From: Eledone cirrhosa
Lineage: Eukaryota
Direction of reading: 5' to 3'
Length of the DNA: 64,000 nt
Assembly (NCBI GenBank): GCA_964016885.1
Contig: OZ024742.1
Coordinates: forward strand, 19,902,001 to 19,966,000
Part shown: positions 43,035-58,397 of the stretch, piece by piece
How positions within the stretch are numbered: the first letter of the stretch is position 1
Layout of the letters: each line of letters starts with the position of its first letter
The notes under the pieces: generated by a model
Database searches by the model: none
What the model saw: only the letters and a program-made list of their open reading frames with translations
What the model was told of the DNA's origin: nothing
Program-made: the position numbers and the translations under genes

Positions 43035-43932
43035 CCTCTGTATAATAATTGTTTCTATATTTGGCACAAGGCCAGCAATTACCCAGTACATTACTGATAC
43101 TTTATTTTATCGACCCCGTAAGGATGAAAGGTAAAGTTGACCTCGGCAGGAATTGAACTCAGACTGTAAAGGGCCGTAACTCTATGCTGCAAAGCATGGC
43201 GTCCGACCCTCTACCGATACTGCCAATCAACAATCTCTCTGCATAATAATTGTTTCTACTTTTGGAACAAGGCCAGCAATTATTCTAGTGTATTACTGGT
43301 ACTTTATTTTATCGACCCCGCAAGGATGAAAGGTAAAGTTAACCTCGGCGATAATAATATGACACTGTTACATCTGTGGGTTTAATTGGAGCGAAAGTTT
43401 TTAGGACAGTAATTTGTTCAGGGCGTTTACTACTGAAAATTCCAACCTGTCGAATTTGTATGCATCAAAACGGTCTCTAGTTTACACCTGTTACAGTGGT
43501 ATTTGTAATATATAGCCAGGTCGTACAGTACCTTGAAGTTCTTTTTGTTGACAGGGTGTGTTGGGTCGTTGGAATTGTGCACTAGACAACACACCAACAA
43601 AGAATCCGAACAGAAAACATACAACACAGGTGAATACGAAAGAGTATTTATATTTGATCAACATATATGTTGCATGTATTAGTGAAAGGCCTTCAAAATG
43701 GTTTTTTATAAACATACCGTGCAGTGAGGGCGGTGGATTGGCAGTATCGGTAGAAGGTCGGACGCCATACTTTGCAGCAAAGGGTTACGGCCTTTTACGG
43801 TCTGAGTTCAAATCCCGTCAGGGCTAACTTTGCCTTTCATCCTTACCGGGTAGATAAAATAAAGTACCAGTAATACACTGGAATAATTGCTGGCCGTGTG
43901 TCAAAAGTAGAAACAATTATTAAATAGACAAT

Positions 43933-43993
<61 letters not shown>

Positions 43994-44070
43994 TATATAT
44001 TAATTTAATAAGTAGTGAATCTTGTTACTCTGGAGTTTCACCTATACACTCACAAGATCACCAGACATAC

Positions 44071-44130
<60 letters not shown>

Positions 44131-44140
<10 letters not shown>

Positions 44141-44638
44141 GTATCAATAAACTTTCCTGGATATACTCTTATCCCAATCCTGTACATACTTTCCGATTGT
44201 CACTTTTCGTTTTTTTCGTGTGATACGCGAAGGAACCAACCAACAAACATCTCTCTTTTATATCTCTTTTATTTGTTCATTCAAAATATTTTTCAGCTAA
44301 TTCTGTCGTACAATATACATCAGCAATCTTTATCTAATGTTTAAAACATTTGAATAGCTGCGTATATAAATCAAAAACGATATGAGAATTGAATACCATA
44401 CTAAAGCGCCAGTAAGCTTGCTAAGAACCTGCAGATAGAAATGTTAATAAATACATTTGGCTTGGGTAAACTTTAAGATGTTCTTTCATTGTAGGTTTCT
44501 TTTCTCAGCCACTACGTTAAAGAAAATTGATAGTTACAACAATAAAGGTTGAACAGAGAACAAATTTTTCACTGGGAAATATTTGTCAGCATTTTCTTTT
44601 CCTTTTACTAATATATCACAACTCGTGTGTTACAACTC

Positions 44639-44727
<89 letters not shown>

Positions 44728-45592
44728 TATATTCGTGTACAGATATTTTTGCATACACAAAAACAAAATATAAACAAACGTATTTATTTCACGAAAGCAC
44801 TTATCGTCATTGTTACTGCTGATATGCCACCTAAAAAGTCCTAGCCTGGCCGCAAGATCAGATTTTCCAGAAGAAAAAAATGTTACTAGAGCAACAGAGA
44901 GACTAAGCTTCGCGATTACCATCAACAAAGCCCAGGGTCAAACCCTAAAAGTGGCTGGCCTTCATCTGGGAAAACAATGGTCAATTGTATGTAGGATGCT
45001 CTAGGGTGAGCTCGCCAACAATCTCTTCATCTTAGCTCCTGAGAGCCGAACAAAAAAATATTGCATACTCTGAGGCTTTAACAATGTAATTTATGTATTT
45101 TCTGTTACTTGGAATTTCCATTATGGTTGTACAAATTATTGTAAAGTTTGTTAAAAAATTTGTTCTCTGTTCAACCTTTATTGTTGTAACTATCAATTTT
45201 CTTTAACGTAGTGGCTGAGAAAAGAAACCTACAATGAAAGAACATCTTAAAGTTTACCCAAGCCAAATGTATTTATTAACATTTCTATCTGCAGGTTCTT
45301 AGCAAGCTTACTGGCGCTTTAGTATGGTATTCAATTCTCATATCGTTTTTGATTTATATACGCAGCTATTCAAATGTTTTAAACATTAGATAAAGATTGC
45401 TGATGTATATTGTACGACAGAATTAGCTGAAAAATATTTTGAATGAACAAATAAAAGAGATATAAAAGAGAGATGTTTGTTGGTTGGTTCCTTCGCGTAT
45501 CACACGAAAAAAACGAAAAGTGACAATCGGAAAGTATGTACAGGATTGGGATAAGAGTATATCCAGGAAAGTTTATTGATACTAATTTTATA
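44131..45592. repeat. Near-perfect inverted repeat of about 440 bp (44131-44569 and 45154-45592)
   Basis: The arms are reverse complements. The ORF track shows the same peptide on both strands. Confidence 0.95.
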
Positions 45593-45824
45593 ACACCAAA
45601 GAAGAAGAAAGACATACCACGTATGCTAACCAACCTGACTGTTATTTCTAGCAGGTTGGGAATCAACCATAAGGGATTCTCTCTGCGAGTTCGTTGTCAA
45701 TGATGATCGTGTTTCGCGGCCTATGTCTCCGATTCCAACGGTGGTTTACACACACACGCACACACACACGCACACACACACGCACACACATGAACACTCA
45801 CACAGGCACACACACGAACACACG

Positions 45825-45897
<73 letters not shown>

Positions 45898-45991
45898 TAA
45901 ACAAGACAATGCATTCAATACAGACGTTTTCTCTTCTGCCGGTCTTCCCTTATCATTTGTTAACCCTAGCGAAGCTGAGTACCTCAGCTAG
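44900..45991 (+). mobile_element. Helitron 3' portion: PIF1-like helicase C-terminus remnant (44900-45089) and 3' terminus
   Basis: RLSFAITINKAQGQTL...GQLYVGCSRV...TKNIAYSEAL (frameshifted). Hairpin tagc-gaa-gctg then CTAG|T at 45988-45991. Confidence 0.8.
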
Positions 45992-46040
45992 TATATATAT
46001 ATATGTATATATATATGAAAGGCAAGCAGGAAATTCAGGG

Positions 46041-46092
<52 letters not shown>

Positions 46093-46115
46093 TATATATA
46101 TATATATATATATAT

Positions 46116-46340
46116 AACAAAGGAATTGTGGTAAGGAACCATATGGATCATAACGCACCAGAGTACTCAATACTTAGGGTAGTAGAGTGGGTAATAGGAA
46201 CAAGTATGACCCCGACGGCAGAGCTCAAGCCGTTTCGACGGCTAATTCTGGACTAAATAAGAATTTTTAGCCTGCTAACAATTCTTATTTAGCCGTCGAA
46301 ACGGCTTGAGCTCTGCCGTCGGGGTCATACTTGTTCCTAT
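46116..46340 (-). mobile_element. Family A fold-back mini-element, copy 6 (longest)
   Basis: (TA)n flanks. Retains an extended hairpin ctaaataagaatt..ttagc-ct-gctaa..aattcttatttag. Confidence 0.85.
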
Positions 46341-46990
46341 ATATATATATAAAACGACAATGACAGCTCTTTATATGTAATAATTATAGAAGAGTGGGAG
46401 CGAGAGGAACAAATATAAGGAGTGGGAGGAAGAGACGAGGAATGGAGCTAAATTTGAGGCGGCGAAGAGTAAATGTTTATCCAGTCATTGTTCTAGAGGT
46501 CAAGAAGGCCACTTGACACAATAGAATGTTTTCAAGGACATAAGCTATTTTACTGTCAGTGATAATATTAGAGCAAGGTTAACTATGTACTAATTCGTGC
46601 CCTCACCAACATTTGCTACATCATTCTCTCCGTACAAGTCACAACTCATATCACCAAATGATTGACGTCATGTGACTGCACCTTGTTTATATGGCGTTGA
46701 TTTAGGAGGAATGGGGAGAGGGAATGAGAAGGAGTGGGGAGAGGAGTTGTACAGCTCAAACTAATGTTTCATATTGTGTATCGATGCAGTGCAAATATTT
46801 ATAGATAAAACAGACACCCACACATTATATATATATATATATATATATATTCACGCATGAACTCGTAACTTTTCTTGGAATTGTAAGAAAGCAGTCTTGA
46901 CATACAATGTGTGTGGAACATTTTTAAAACCTGGTAAAGCCTATCCCTTCTGCAGGTTTGAACACAGCTGATATCTTTCAGAGAAAGAAA

Positions 46991-47025
<35 letters not shown>

Positions 47026-48024
47026 GGGGTGATTGACCTCTGTATTGGATTGGTACTTTTCTTTTTACCGACCAAGAAAAGAGGAAAGCCAAACTTGACC
47101 TCGGAGGTTTTTGACCTTAGAGAGGAAGGAGAGCGAGAACAAATACCGCGAATCATTTTATCCGACATTCTATATCCTAAGAATTCTGTCTAATTCGCCA
47201 TTACCCACATATATAAAGTCTATGTTATAGTAGTATGGTCCTGTAACTCCTGTTGGAGACGTAGGGGCGCTGTAATGACATACGGTGCTTCTGGGGCATT
47301 TTAAGACTGGCAGAGCCCATCCCTCTCCAGGTCTTAACACCGCAGATTTCTTCCAGAGGTGGAGAGAGAGTGAAAGAATGGAAAAGAGAAAGATATTTAG
47401 AGGAAGAATCAACCCCAGTATTAGAATGGTAGTTCTTTTATCGATCTCGAATGGATGGAAGGCAAAGTTGACCTCGGATAAGGCAGCCAAAGAGCTCCAA
47501 TGACCGCAATCAGTTGTATCCACTTTTTGTTGACGGGTTTCAGATCTCTGACGATTGTCTGACGTCAGTTCATCTCGAGAGGCTCTGTTCATCACATTCC
47601 ATGGAAGGGTGGTACCAATAGAGGATCTGATTATCATGTCTCTCACTTAGGAGTCATGTGACGTGTCCCAACCAGCCAAGTCGACACTTACATATGATGT
47701 TAGACACACCTAATTAGTGGTTTCGTTAAAAGACTTCTTTGATGCCCTAAGTATGTTTATTTTGCTTACTGGTTAATCCAGCTCTGGGAATAAGCGAACA
47801 AGAATTTGTGATAAAATATTATCAGTAGGGATTGTTACCCACTGAAGAACAACTCTGATTATATACAAGCAAACACTGGCTGTTTTCTACATATATGGAG
47901 TCAGAGAGTGTCACGCACACACACAACAAACACCTATATAGTCACACACATGCATGCACGCACATACTCACACACACACAAGAAACATATTTACACACAC
48001 ATGCACGTACACACCTACGCACAC

Positions 48025-48082
<58 letters not shown>

Positions 48083-50369
48083 GAACACACATTTATGTAC
48101 ACACACACAGATACACACCTACACATACATACATACTCTTTCCTTTCTGAGGTCAAATACCTCCGAGGTCAAGTTTGGTTTTCCTCCTTTCGGGGAATCG
48201 GTAATTTTTCTTGTTTGTCTCCGTTGAATTTAAAAAAAAAAACAGAATTAGTCGTTTAGTTTACATATTGAGACCCATCCTATTTATTTTATAACATATG
48301 GAATTTCTAGTAATGTACCTTTTCTGCATTGTATAATGTTTTTTTATGTGTAAAGAAAATTAACTCAGGCAGGAATGTTACCACTTAAAATAAAATTTCA
48401 CCGCAAATAGATTAGAAAAATTAAATAAGTAGGTGTGTGTGTGTGGGGTGTGTGTGTGTGTAAAGGTGTGTGTGTATGAGGGTGGGGGGAGAGATCTGAA
48501 AAATGAATAAGTGGTGGGAGGACGATTATTCGAGACCCGAGACTAATGCTACATAAAGAGAAAACAATATATTAAAATCTTACCTAAGAAAGAATTCTTG
48601 AATAAGATTAAGACGGAAGATTTTTAAAGAGAACACAAAGAGGCTGGGTTGACCTGACACCCATTAACCATTTCATTATATTTCTGACGATAGACACTGT
48701 CAGTGTCTTTCAAGTATTTCTGAAAATAATTCTAAAAAAATTCTTTTTTGATTTTGTTTTACAAACTATCCGGTTATTAAACCAACTAACTGGAAATTTG
48801 TAATAAACTGAAGTGAAAACCAACAGGTGTGTTTATTTTTATTGGCAGCATGACCCTCCCAAAGTATAACAATAATAAAAAAAATTAGAGGAATTTAGTA
48901 AAATAATTTTTTTCATTTTTAACCTGATGTTTGGAACAAAACACTTAGCATGAATTTGTTGCATAAAATTATGTCGAAAGGTTTTCATATAAGTATGATA
49001 ACAAGGTCGATGTAAAAGCACAAGTATAGTACTGGTGCCGATTCTTCCTCTATAACTTTATCACTTACTTTCTCTCACTATCTCTCCTTTTCTGGAAGAA
49101 ATCTTCTATGTTCAGACCTGGAGAAGAGATGGGCTCCGTCAGGTTTAAAAAATGCCAGAGTAATGCCACAACTCAATGCGGCGCCCCTACCATTCCTTCA
49201 GGACTTACGTGACCATACATATATGAATACTTTAAAACACTCAGTTACGTATTTAAAAAAAAAACTAAGGGTGGTTCCAGGTGGGTTGGGATCCGGTTAA
49301 ATGTAAAGATTTTACTGTTAGAGTGTTCGAAAGAATGTATGATGCGTTACTTTTCTAGAAAAAAGGAGTGAAATGAATAGCAAAAAAAAAAAAAATGATA
49401 TATGGAATGGCAATTTAAAATGACCAAACAGGAAGTGAATATGCATTTCTAAAAAGGGAGATAAGATATAATGGACATCCGGTATAATGTATGTTTTAGA
49501 AGAGGAATCTTAGACACAAGCTAGAACGATTTGGTCCATATAATCAACAGAATCAGACGAGAAATTAACATGACAATACGATACATGTGTTTCTATATAT
49601 ATTTACATTTGCTTAAAATTAAAAAGAGTACACACAAATATACGCATGTATACACAATGATTGTTTTTACTTCAGTTCCCACAATAAAAAGTTCACTTTC
49701 CAACCACAAGGTCCTGGGTTCTAACCCTACATTTATCTCTGTAAATAGTTACTTTTTCAAAGTTATTCATACATTTAATCCTGTATGTCAATTGTACATA
49801 CATGCTGAACATTCATGTAATTATATCTTTAAAATATATTATTAAAATATCATTTTCACCTTTAATCACATTCCCCTGTCAGTAATCAACATACATATAG
49901 GGTTTCTCTTATGTAGACTTTATCAAAACTCAAATTTCGCAGTTACTATGATTGTTAACTAGTAATCCTGGAATATTAGGCACAGCACACCAAACTTGGA
50001 CACCAAAAACTTTGGTTAGTTCAATGTTATTAATGTTAAAATAATGTTACAAACAGAATCTCTATATATAAATCTAGAGACGCAGTAAAATGATTAAACA
50101 ACGCGGGCCAACCTTGGCAAAATATTCGTAAATAAATGAAAATTATTTTGGCAACACCAACCGGTTAATATTATCACTGTGTCTCTCGCCCTCTGACTCA
50201 CACACACAAACACATTCTCCATACAGCTTACACAACAGGACATTACCTTTCGGTAACTGTTGGTTGAAAATCTATGGATCTCCTGCCGGCTGGTTTTGCT
50301 CGTCAAATCTTTCCAGTGATTCTTTCCTGGGACATTCTAACCATATGTCCGTAGTTCTGGAACTATAAA

Positions 50370-50630
50370 TAGATAGATATCTTTCTTTATTTGCCACATG
50401 GCCGTACGAAAATGGGACATTACAAGACTTGACGGCGGGGGTTTTACATAAAATCATATAACTTTAACATTAATAAATAACAATAAACTATATATAATAA
50501 AATAACAATTGAAATCCCCAATAGGGGGGAGGGGGCGTTACTGCAGAGTTGTTTTACACCCCGTGGATAGAACAACCCTCAACAACAGGAACACGTTTAG
50601 TAGGTGTTCCCGTCTTCCCTCTGTTTATCT
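50370..50630 (-). mobile_element. 3'UTR fragment related to the Tx1-like element
   Basis: Reverse complement resembles 59240-59308 and ends at agatagat. Confidence 0.55.
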
Positions 50631-51068
50631 TCCTTAACCTACACGTTTATATACAGAGAAAGACCATTCACTAATCAAACACAGAGCCTAAAATAAAATT
50701 TTACTCTTAAATAGAACAAAAGAAAAACATTAGACAATCCTGAGAAGACATGATTACATCTTTTCAAAATACTGCAGTAATTTACATAATTAGTCTAAAT
50801 GAATTATATTTCTAATCAGTCACATTTTGCAATGTCTTGTGGTCATACAATATACTTAATTATATTTTTTTCGGCCTGGACCCCCCCCCCCCCCCCCCAA
50901 AAAAAAAAAAAAATAATTTAAATATATAAATATGGAATTTTAAACAATCATTATTACGTTTTAACATGTTTACTTGGTAAACATGTTGAATTAGTTTACA
51001 ACATTATTTTAAAGGAATTATATTTCTCATCAGACATTTTTTCCATTATCCATTGATTTGCATTGGCT

Positions 51069-51815
51069 GGTATATATGGGGTACATATAGGGTATATATG
51101 GGGTACATATAGGGTATATAATGGGTATATATAGGGTATATATGGGGTATATATGGAGTATATGGGGTATATATGGTATATATGTGGTATATATGTAGTA
51201 TATATGGGGTATATATATGTGGTATATATGGGGTATATATAGGGTATATATGGGGTATATATGGGGGTGTAAATGGGGTATATATGGGGTATATATGTGG
51301 TATATATATGGGGTATATATGGGGTATTTATGGAGTATATATGGGGTGTATATGGGGTATATATGGAGTATATATAGGGTATATATAGGGTATATATGTG
51401 GTATATATATGGGGTATATATGGGGTATATATGGGGTATATATGGGGTATATATGGGGTATATATGGGGGTATATCTAGGGTATATATGGGTATATATGG
51501 GCTATATATGGAGTATATATGGGGTATATATAGAGTATATATGGGGTATATATGGGGTATATATGGAGTATATATGGGGTATATATGGGGTATATATGGA
51601 GTATATATGGGGTATATATGGAGTATATATGGAGTATATATGTGGTATATATGGGGTATATATATAGTATATATGAGGTATATATGGGGTATATATGGAG
51701 TATATATGGGGTATATATGGGGTATATATGGCGTATATATGGAGTATATATGTGGTATATATGGGGTATATATGGAGTATATATGTGGTATATATGGGGT
51801 ATATATGGAGTATAT
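51069..51815. repeat. 11-bp minisatellite ggggtatatat
   Basis: Tandem repetition. Confidence 0.97.
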
Positions 51816-52277
51816 ACTGATTTTATTATATTTTTGTGGATTGGCAGTATGGATAGAGCGTCAGACAATATGCTTTGCAGCATAGAGTTATGGACCTTTA
51901 CGCTCTGAGTTCAAATCCCGCCGAGGTTAGCTTTGCCTTTAATTCTTTCAGGGTCGATAAAATAAAATACCCGTAATGTTTGATTTAACCGACTTCTCCC
52001 TCCCCCAAATTGTTAGACTTGTGTCTAAATCAGAAATCATTGTATTCCTGTCAGGAGCAAACAAGAAGAAACTTCAGTCTAAGTCACGTAGGCTATAGAC
52101 TTCTCACGTAGCCTATTAACTTCTCCTTGAAAAGATCTACATGTCAGGTGACCAGTAAAAATAAACTCCCAATAGAAAGAGAAACATATATCATATCTTA
52201 TATAATAGTGAAACATCTAGACGCTACACCTATATACACGTTTCTTTATATGAGAAGTTATTTTCGGAGAGAAGCAG

Positions 52278-52315
<38 letters not shown>

Positions 52316-52316
<1 letters not shown>

Positions 52317-52486
52317 CTGGTAGAACACTGGAAGGTAATATCCGTAGTGGTAGAGCACTCAGTCCAAGGGACAAGTTAGGTAGAAGTGGCTACACAACAG
52401 TTAGTTCACCATTCCGAGCTGAAGATGCGCTAAGGTGAAACAATTGTTCTCGGTATGGTGAACTAACTGTTGTGTAACCACTTCTA
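52316..52486. mobile_element. 170-bp (TA)n-flanked element: HHR core enclosed by a 38-bp inverted repeat
   Basis: Arms 52381-52418 and 52449-52486. Confidence 0.8.
52414..52453 (+). ncRNA. Minimal type I hammerhead motif
   Basis: ccgag-CTGAAGA-tgcgctaaggt-GAAAC-AATT-GTT|ctcgg. Stem II is weak. Confidence 0.7.
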
Positions 52487-52581
52487 TATATATATATATA
52501 TATATGTGTGTGGGGTGTGTGTACGTATGTGTGTATATATGTATATATATATATGTATATGTATATACATGTGTGTATATA

Positions 52582-52624
<43 letters not shown>

Positions 52625-52678
52625 ATATATATATGTGTGTGTGTGTGTTTATATATGAATATATATATATATTTCTGT

Positions 52679-52771
<93 letters not shown>

Positions 52772-52780
52772 CATATATAT

Positions 52781-54200
52781 AGAGATTTTGAGTATATGTT
52801 GGTTGTATACCAACACCTCAGTATGCAGGCTGGAGCACTCGACGAAGTGCGCAGGTTGGTTTGGTTACTCCGGAGTAATGTAAAATAAAGTTAAATAAAA
52901 AGTCAAATGTTTAAAATTTAGCTTCGTTTATTACTGCTATATATATTTCAGTGACAGCCATCTTTGGCTGTGACCTCTTCAAGCAGTCCGAATTAGTGTG
53001 GTATAGACAAGTACATATGTTGTTGAGGTGTATAATTTTGTCATTACTCTGATATGCCCAGTTCCTGGTTGGGTTGTTATTTCACTGAGGAACTGGAATC
53101 ATATGAATTCAAACAAACGAATTTTAGTGTCAAAGGGCCTCTTCTCCTCTCATTGGTCAGTTGTTAGAACATTCTTCATTCTAAGTGTTGTTATTGTTGG
53201 AGTTAGCTTAAAAAATGTGTTTGTGTTATAATCAATTGATTATACAAACACATTTTGTTTGATTATCTTATTTTAACATCTTGTACCTCATACCAATCTA
53301 TCCAACATATTTCTGACCTTGAGATTGGTTATAACACACACACACTTTATCCTACTTTATTTGAATCTGCATTTTATTTTTCACTTCTCCATATTCATTT
53401 TCATTACTTTTTCACAAATTTTTCATTTATTCTTTATTCTTTATTCTCTATTTATTATTTATTTTCAAATTATACAAATTATATTATTTATTTTCTGTTT
53501 TCTTCATTTATTGCCTTATATTTCTTAATATACATGGAAGACCCCCTCCCCGCCCCCACCACCACCACTATGAGGGATGGTGGCAGGAGGGATGAAGAAA
53601 AAACACACACAGATACTTCTAAATTGTCAGCAGCAGCAAGACATAAGCTGATCACAACACCAATAACACTACCAAAATAATGGTAGAGGTCAAATGTAAT
53701 TAACAATAGCAAACACAAACACTACAGGGAGCCTCACCCCAGAAAGAATTCTATAGACTTCTGACTGACTGAGGAATGCTCTCAGAATTGAACAATGGGA
53801 AGTTTGACACTTTATTTGTAATTTTGTTCCTTTAACACCTTGTCCCTTCTACCACTTTATCAATTTTTTAAGCTAACTCCAACAATAACAACACTTAGAA
53901 TGAGGAATGTTCTAACAACTGACCAATGAGAGGAGAAGAGGCCCTTTGACACTGAAATTCGTTTGTTTGAATTCATATGATTCCAGTTCCTCAGTGAAAT
54001 AACAACCCAACCAGGAACTGGGCATATCAGAGTATTGACAAAATTATACACCTCAACAGCATATTTACTTGTCTATACCACACTAATTCGCACTGCCTGA
54101 AGAGGTCACAGCCAAAGATGGCTGTCACTGAAATATATATAGCAGTAATAAACGAAGTTAATTTTAAACATTTGACTTTTTATTTAACTTTATTTTACAT
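52781..54200. mobile_element. Non-coding PLE-type element with inverted arms of about 340 bp
   Basis: Arms about 52878-53217 and 53861-54200, unique tail 52781-52877, (TA)n flanks. Confidence 0.85.
54092..54146 (+). ncRNA. Type I hammerhead ribozyme motif (mirror copy 52933-52987 has C3>U)
   Basis: actgc-CTGAAGA-ggtcacagcca-aaga-tggctgtcact-GAAA-TATATA-TA|gcagt. Confidence 0.85.
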
Positions 54201-54230
54201 ATATATATGTATACATACATATATATATAT

Positions 54231-55107
<877 letters not shown>

Positions 55108-55161
55108 AACACATACATATATATAAATATATATATAACAGACACACATATATATATATAT

Positions 55162-55224
<63 letters not shown>

Positions 55225-55427
55225 GTTAATAAATGAAACAACACAAAACACAGGAAGTAATATTACAGTTATATTAGGTCTATATATAACGTGTATATGT
55301 GCAACTATTATATATAATAAGATATATATATACAATGTACAACGCCAACATTCGTCAACTTCTTTGCGTAGGGTGTGGTCGATCTTGCTCCGTGATGTAT
55401 ATATGAGTGTACGTGTGTGTATAATGT

Positions 55428-57569
55428 ATGACTATATATATCAACTTCCCAACTCTAAACACCAACAGAGGCGAACAAGACGGTACCAACACCGAACCTA
55501 GCGGCGCTCCGACCAACAACACACCTGACGCAAAACACCTCGTCACAGACTTGACAGGATCCTTCTCCCGAGAGGAATTAGACCTCTTCAGTCTGGGTCC
55601 CAAGTTCATATTGAAACAGAGACTGGACGACAAATTATGGCTCGACATAGAAACGAATTTCTGTCGGGCTGCCTACCAACTAAAATGGATATCGACTCTC
55701 GGCAACAACACCACGGAATCTAACAAACCCAGATTCCCGATATACCAACTGGATCGCCCACTCTGTCCACCGCCTGCCAACCGCGAGCTTGAAGAAAAAC
55801 TCTCGAGGCTAAAACATTCCGTATTTAACATCTTACGGAAACAGAAGAAGATAGCCCCAAACCTCTCCAGGACACACCAACTCGCCCTGAAGAACCTACG
55901 GAATAGGGAACTTATATACTTACCATCCGACAAAGGTAAAGAGTTTTGCGTCATCTCTCAAGCCACATACAACAACCTAGCCTTTGAACACCTAAGCGAC
56001 AATGAATTATATACAGAGATCCCGGAGATGACTGCAGCCCAGATCGAAAAACAGACCAACTCCATCTGGTTCGATATCTGTAGGAGAAGACAACTCCCAA
56101 ATAAAGTTAAACTCAACTACACCACTAGAAATAGCAGACTGCCCACTTTCTACCACCTCATCAAGACCCACAAGAATAGTACTAAGACGCAAATAAGACC
56201 CATCGTCTCTAGCATACAAGGACCCCTATACAAAATTTCCTGGCTCCTCTCCCAGGTCCTCAAGCCTCTAGTCTCCACCTTTCCCGGGCATGTCAGTAGC
56301 TCCGACGAAGTTATACGTAGACTACACCAACTGCAGCCAGAACAACTTAAACTAAATAGATACGCCTTTAGCCTCGACGTTGTCTCCCTCTACACTACAG
56401 TCCCCGCTCATCCAGCTGTCGATTTATTGACGGACTGCGTGGTCTCAGAGGACATCCACTGCTACGGCCTCCACCCGACGGACATACACCAGCTTTTGTC
56501 CTTCACAGTAAACAACACGTACTTCACCTTCCACCACCACACATACAGACAGACAACAGGATTACCCATGGGATCCAGCCTATCGGGCCTGCTGGCCATC
56601 ACCTACATGAACCAGCTAGAATGCCGAGCCCTCAACACCTGCCATTCCCATACCTTCTTCACCCGATATGTAGATGACATACTCATCCTTACATCATCCC
56701 GTGAGGAGGCAGATAAAATATACACAACATTCTCCAGCATGGACGCCAGTATAAAGTTCAGCATGGAACACCCCAATGACCGCGGATCCCTATCCCTACT
56801 GGACTTCCAACTCAGGATAACAGAGGAAGGCAACATCCACACCTGCTTCTATAAAAAAGCCGCCAGCAGGGACCTGTTCGTACATTTCAGATCGGCCCTC
56901 CCAGCCGGCGCTAAGTTCGGAAGGAACGAACTAACACGTATCCGGAACAAATGCACCGACGCTAGAGACCGAGACACACACACCACACATTTCCTGGAAT
57001 TACTCAAACTGAACGGATACACGACATCCACCACAAACCGTGCCAGAAAGAACAGAGGACACCACACCCGAGGCACTAACACTTGCTTCCTGAAGCTCCC
57101 ACACTTCAGTGAAGAAACAACAACAGCCATCCGCAGAGCTATCAGATGAGAGGGACTAGATATCCAACTGGCCCACTCAGGTCCTTCTCTACGCGGACAG
57201 CTAACCAAAAGACACTCCACCAGACATGACAACTGCTGCAGACTAGCCAACTGCCCCATCAACGACACAGACCTATGCCACCAGGCTTACGTCGTATACA
57301 GACTAGAGTGTGACAAATGCAACAACTTCTACGTAGGTAGCACCACCAGACCACTCCACATAAGAATAAAAGAACACCTCAATACTAACGCTTTCTCATT
57401 TAAGAAACACCTAGTTAAATGCAAAAACACCGACAAAACCATAACAGTTAGGATAGAAACTAAGGAAAGAAACCTCGGCAATCTTAGAATTAAGGAAGCA
57501 CTAATTATAGACAAAACACAACCACCAATCAATAATAGACTAGAACTCAACACCCAATTTATAACTTGA
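55428..57569 (+). CDS. Penelope-like RT + GIY-YIG polyprotein, probably 5'-truncated, with one in-frame TGA at 57147-57149
   Basis: SDKG, FYHLIKTHK, RPIVS, SLDVVSLYT, GLPMGS, RYVDD. The frame continues past TGA with C..ANCP..C..VVYRLEC..C..YVGSTTRPL..R..EH...E...I...PPIN to a stop at 57569. Confidence 0.9.
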
Positions 57570-58156
57570 TAGAGCTTCTAGCCCCATATTTACACCCCCC
57601 CACACACATGCACACACACACACACGCTTACACCTCCACTTATTCTCTCTCACACATACACACACAAAACCAATTCTAACACGAAATAACATCTATCCCC
57701 CACATTTACGTATAGACATATCCTCTCACACTCACACACACACACTCACATACTTACACCTTCATGCATTCTCCCACACACTTAAACAGGCATGTACACC
57801 CCCCCCAAAAAAAAAACCTTCTAAAGGGAGACTACTCTTTATCCACCTAATCTTAATTCTTTGACATTAAAGATAGAACAGATACTCTATACCATTTCCT
57901 GTCAGCATGACTTGGCAAGCTATTTAGAACACTGGATTAACAGCTTTACTTCCCTCTGAAGAAGAGATATTATCTCGAAAATTAAGGACATTTAAATAAA
58001 TAAATCTAAGGTAAAAGACTAATTGTCAACAATATCTTTTGCATTTGCATTCTTTATTCTATGTCCATACCTGCATTGTTTTGGCTTTATTATACATATA
58101 CAAACGTTTATACCTCATTACACAATGCTTCAAGTGAACTATAACCTCCTCCTTAC
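55441..58156 (+). mobile_element. Penelope-like element (second clade) ending in (TA)n
   Basis: ORF above, 3'UTR with an HHR motif, TA runs at both junctions. Confidence 0.85.
57951..57988 (+). ncRNA. Minimal hammerhead motif in the PLE 3'UTR
   Basis: cct-CTGAAGA-a-gagat-att-atctc-GAAA-ATTA|agg. Stem I is only 3 bp. Confidence 0.55.
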
Positions 58157-58237
<81 letters not shown>

Positions 58238-58353
58238 TACTTATATAAATACATACACACTCATATATATATATATATATATATATGAGTGAGTGTGTAT
58301 GTATTTATATAAGTATCTCTCTCTCTCTCTCTCTGTCTATATATATATATATG

Positions 58354-58397
<44 letters not shown>

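Noticed and set aside
57905-57940. ATGA...GA as a possible SECIS for the PLE UGA
   Set aside because: The helix above the quartet does not pair and the AA spacing is wrong.
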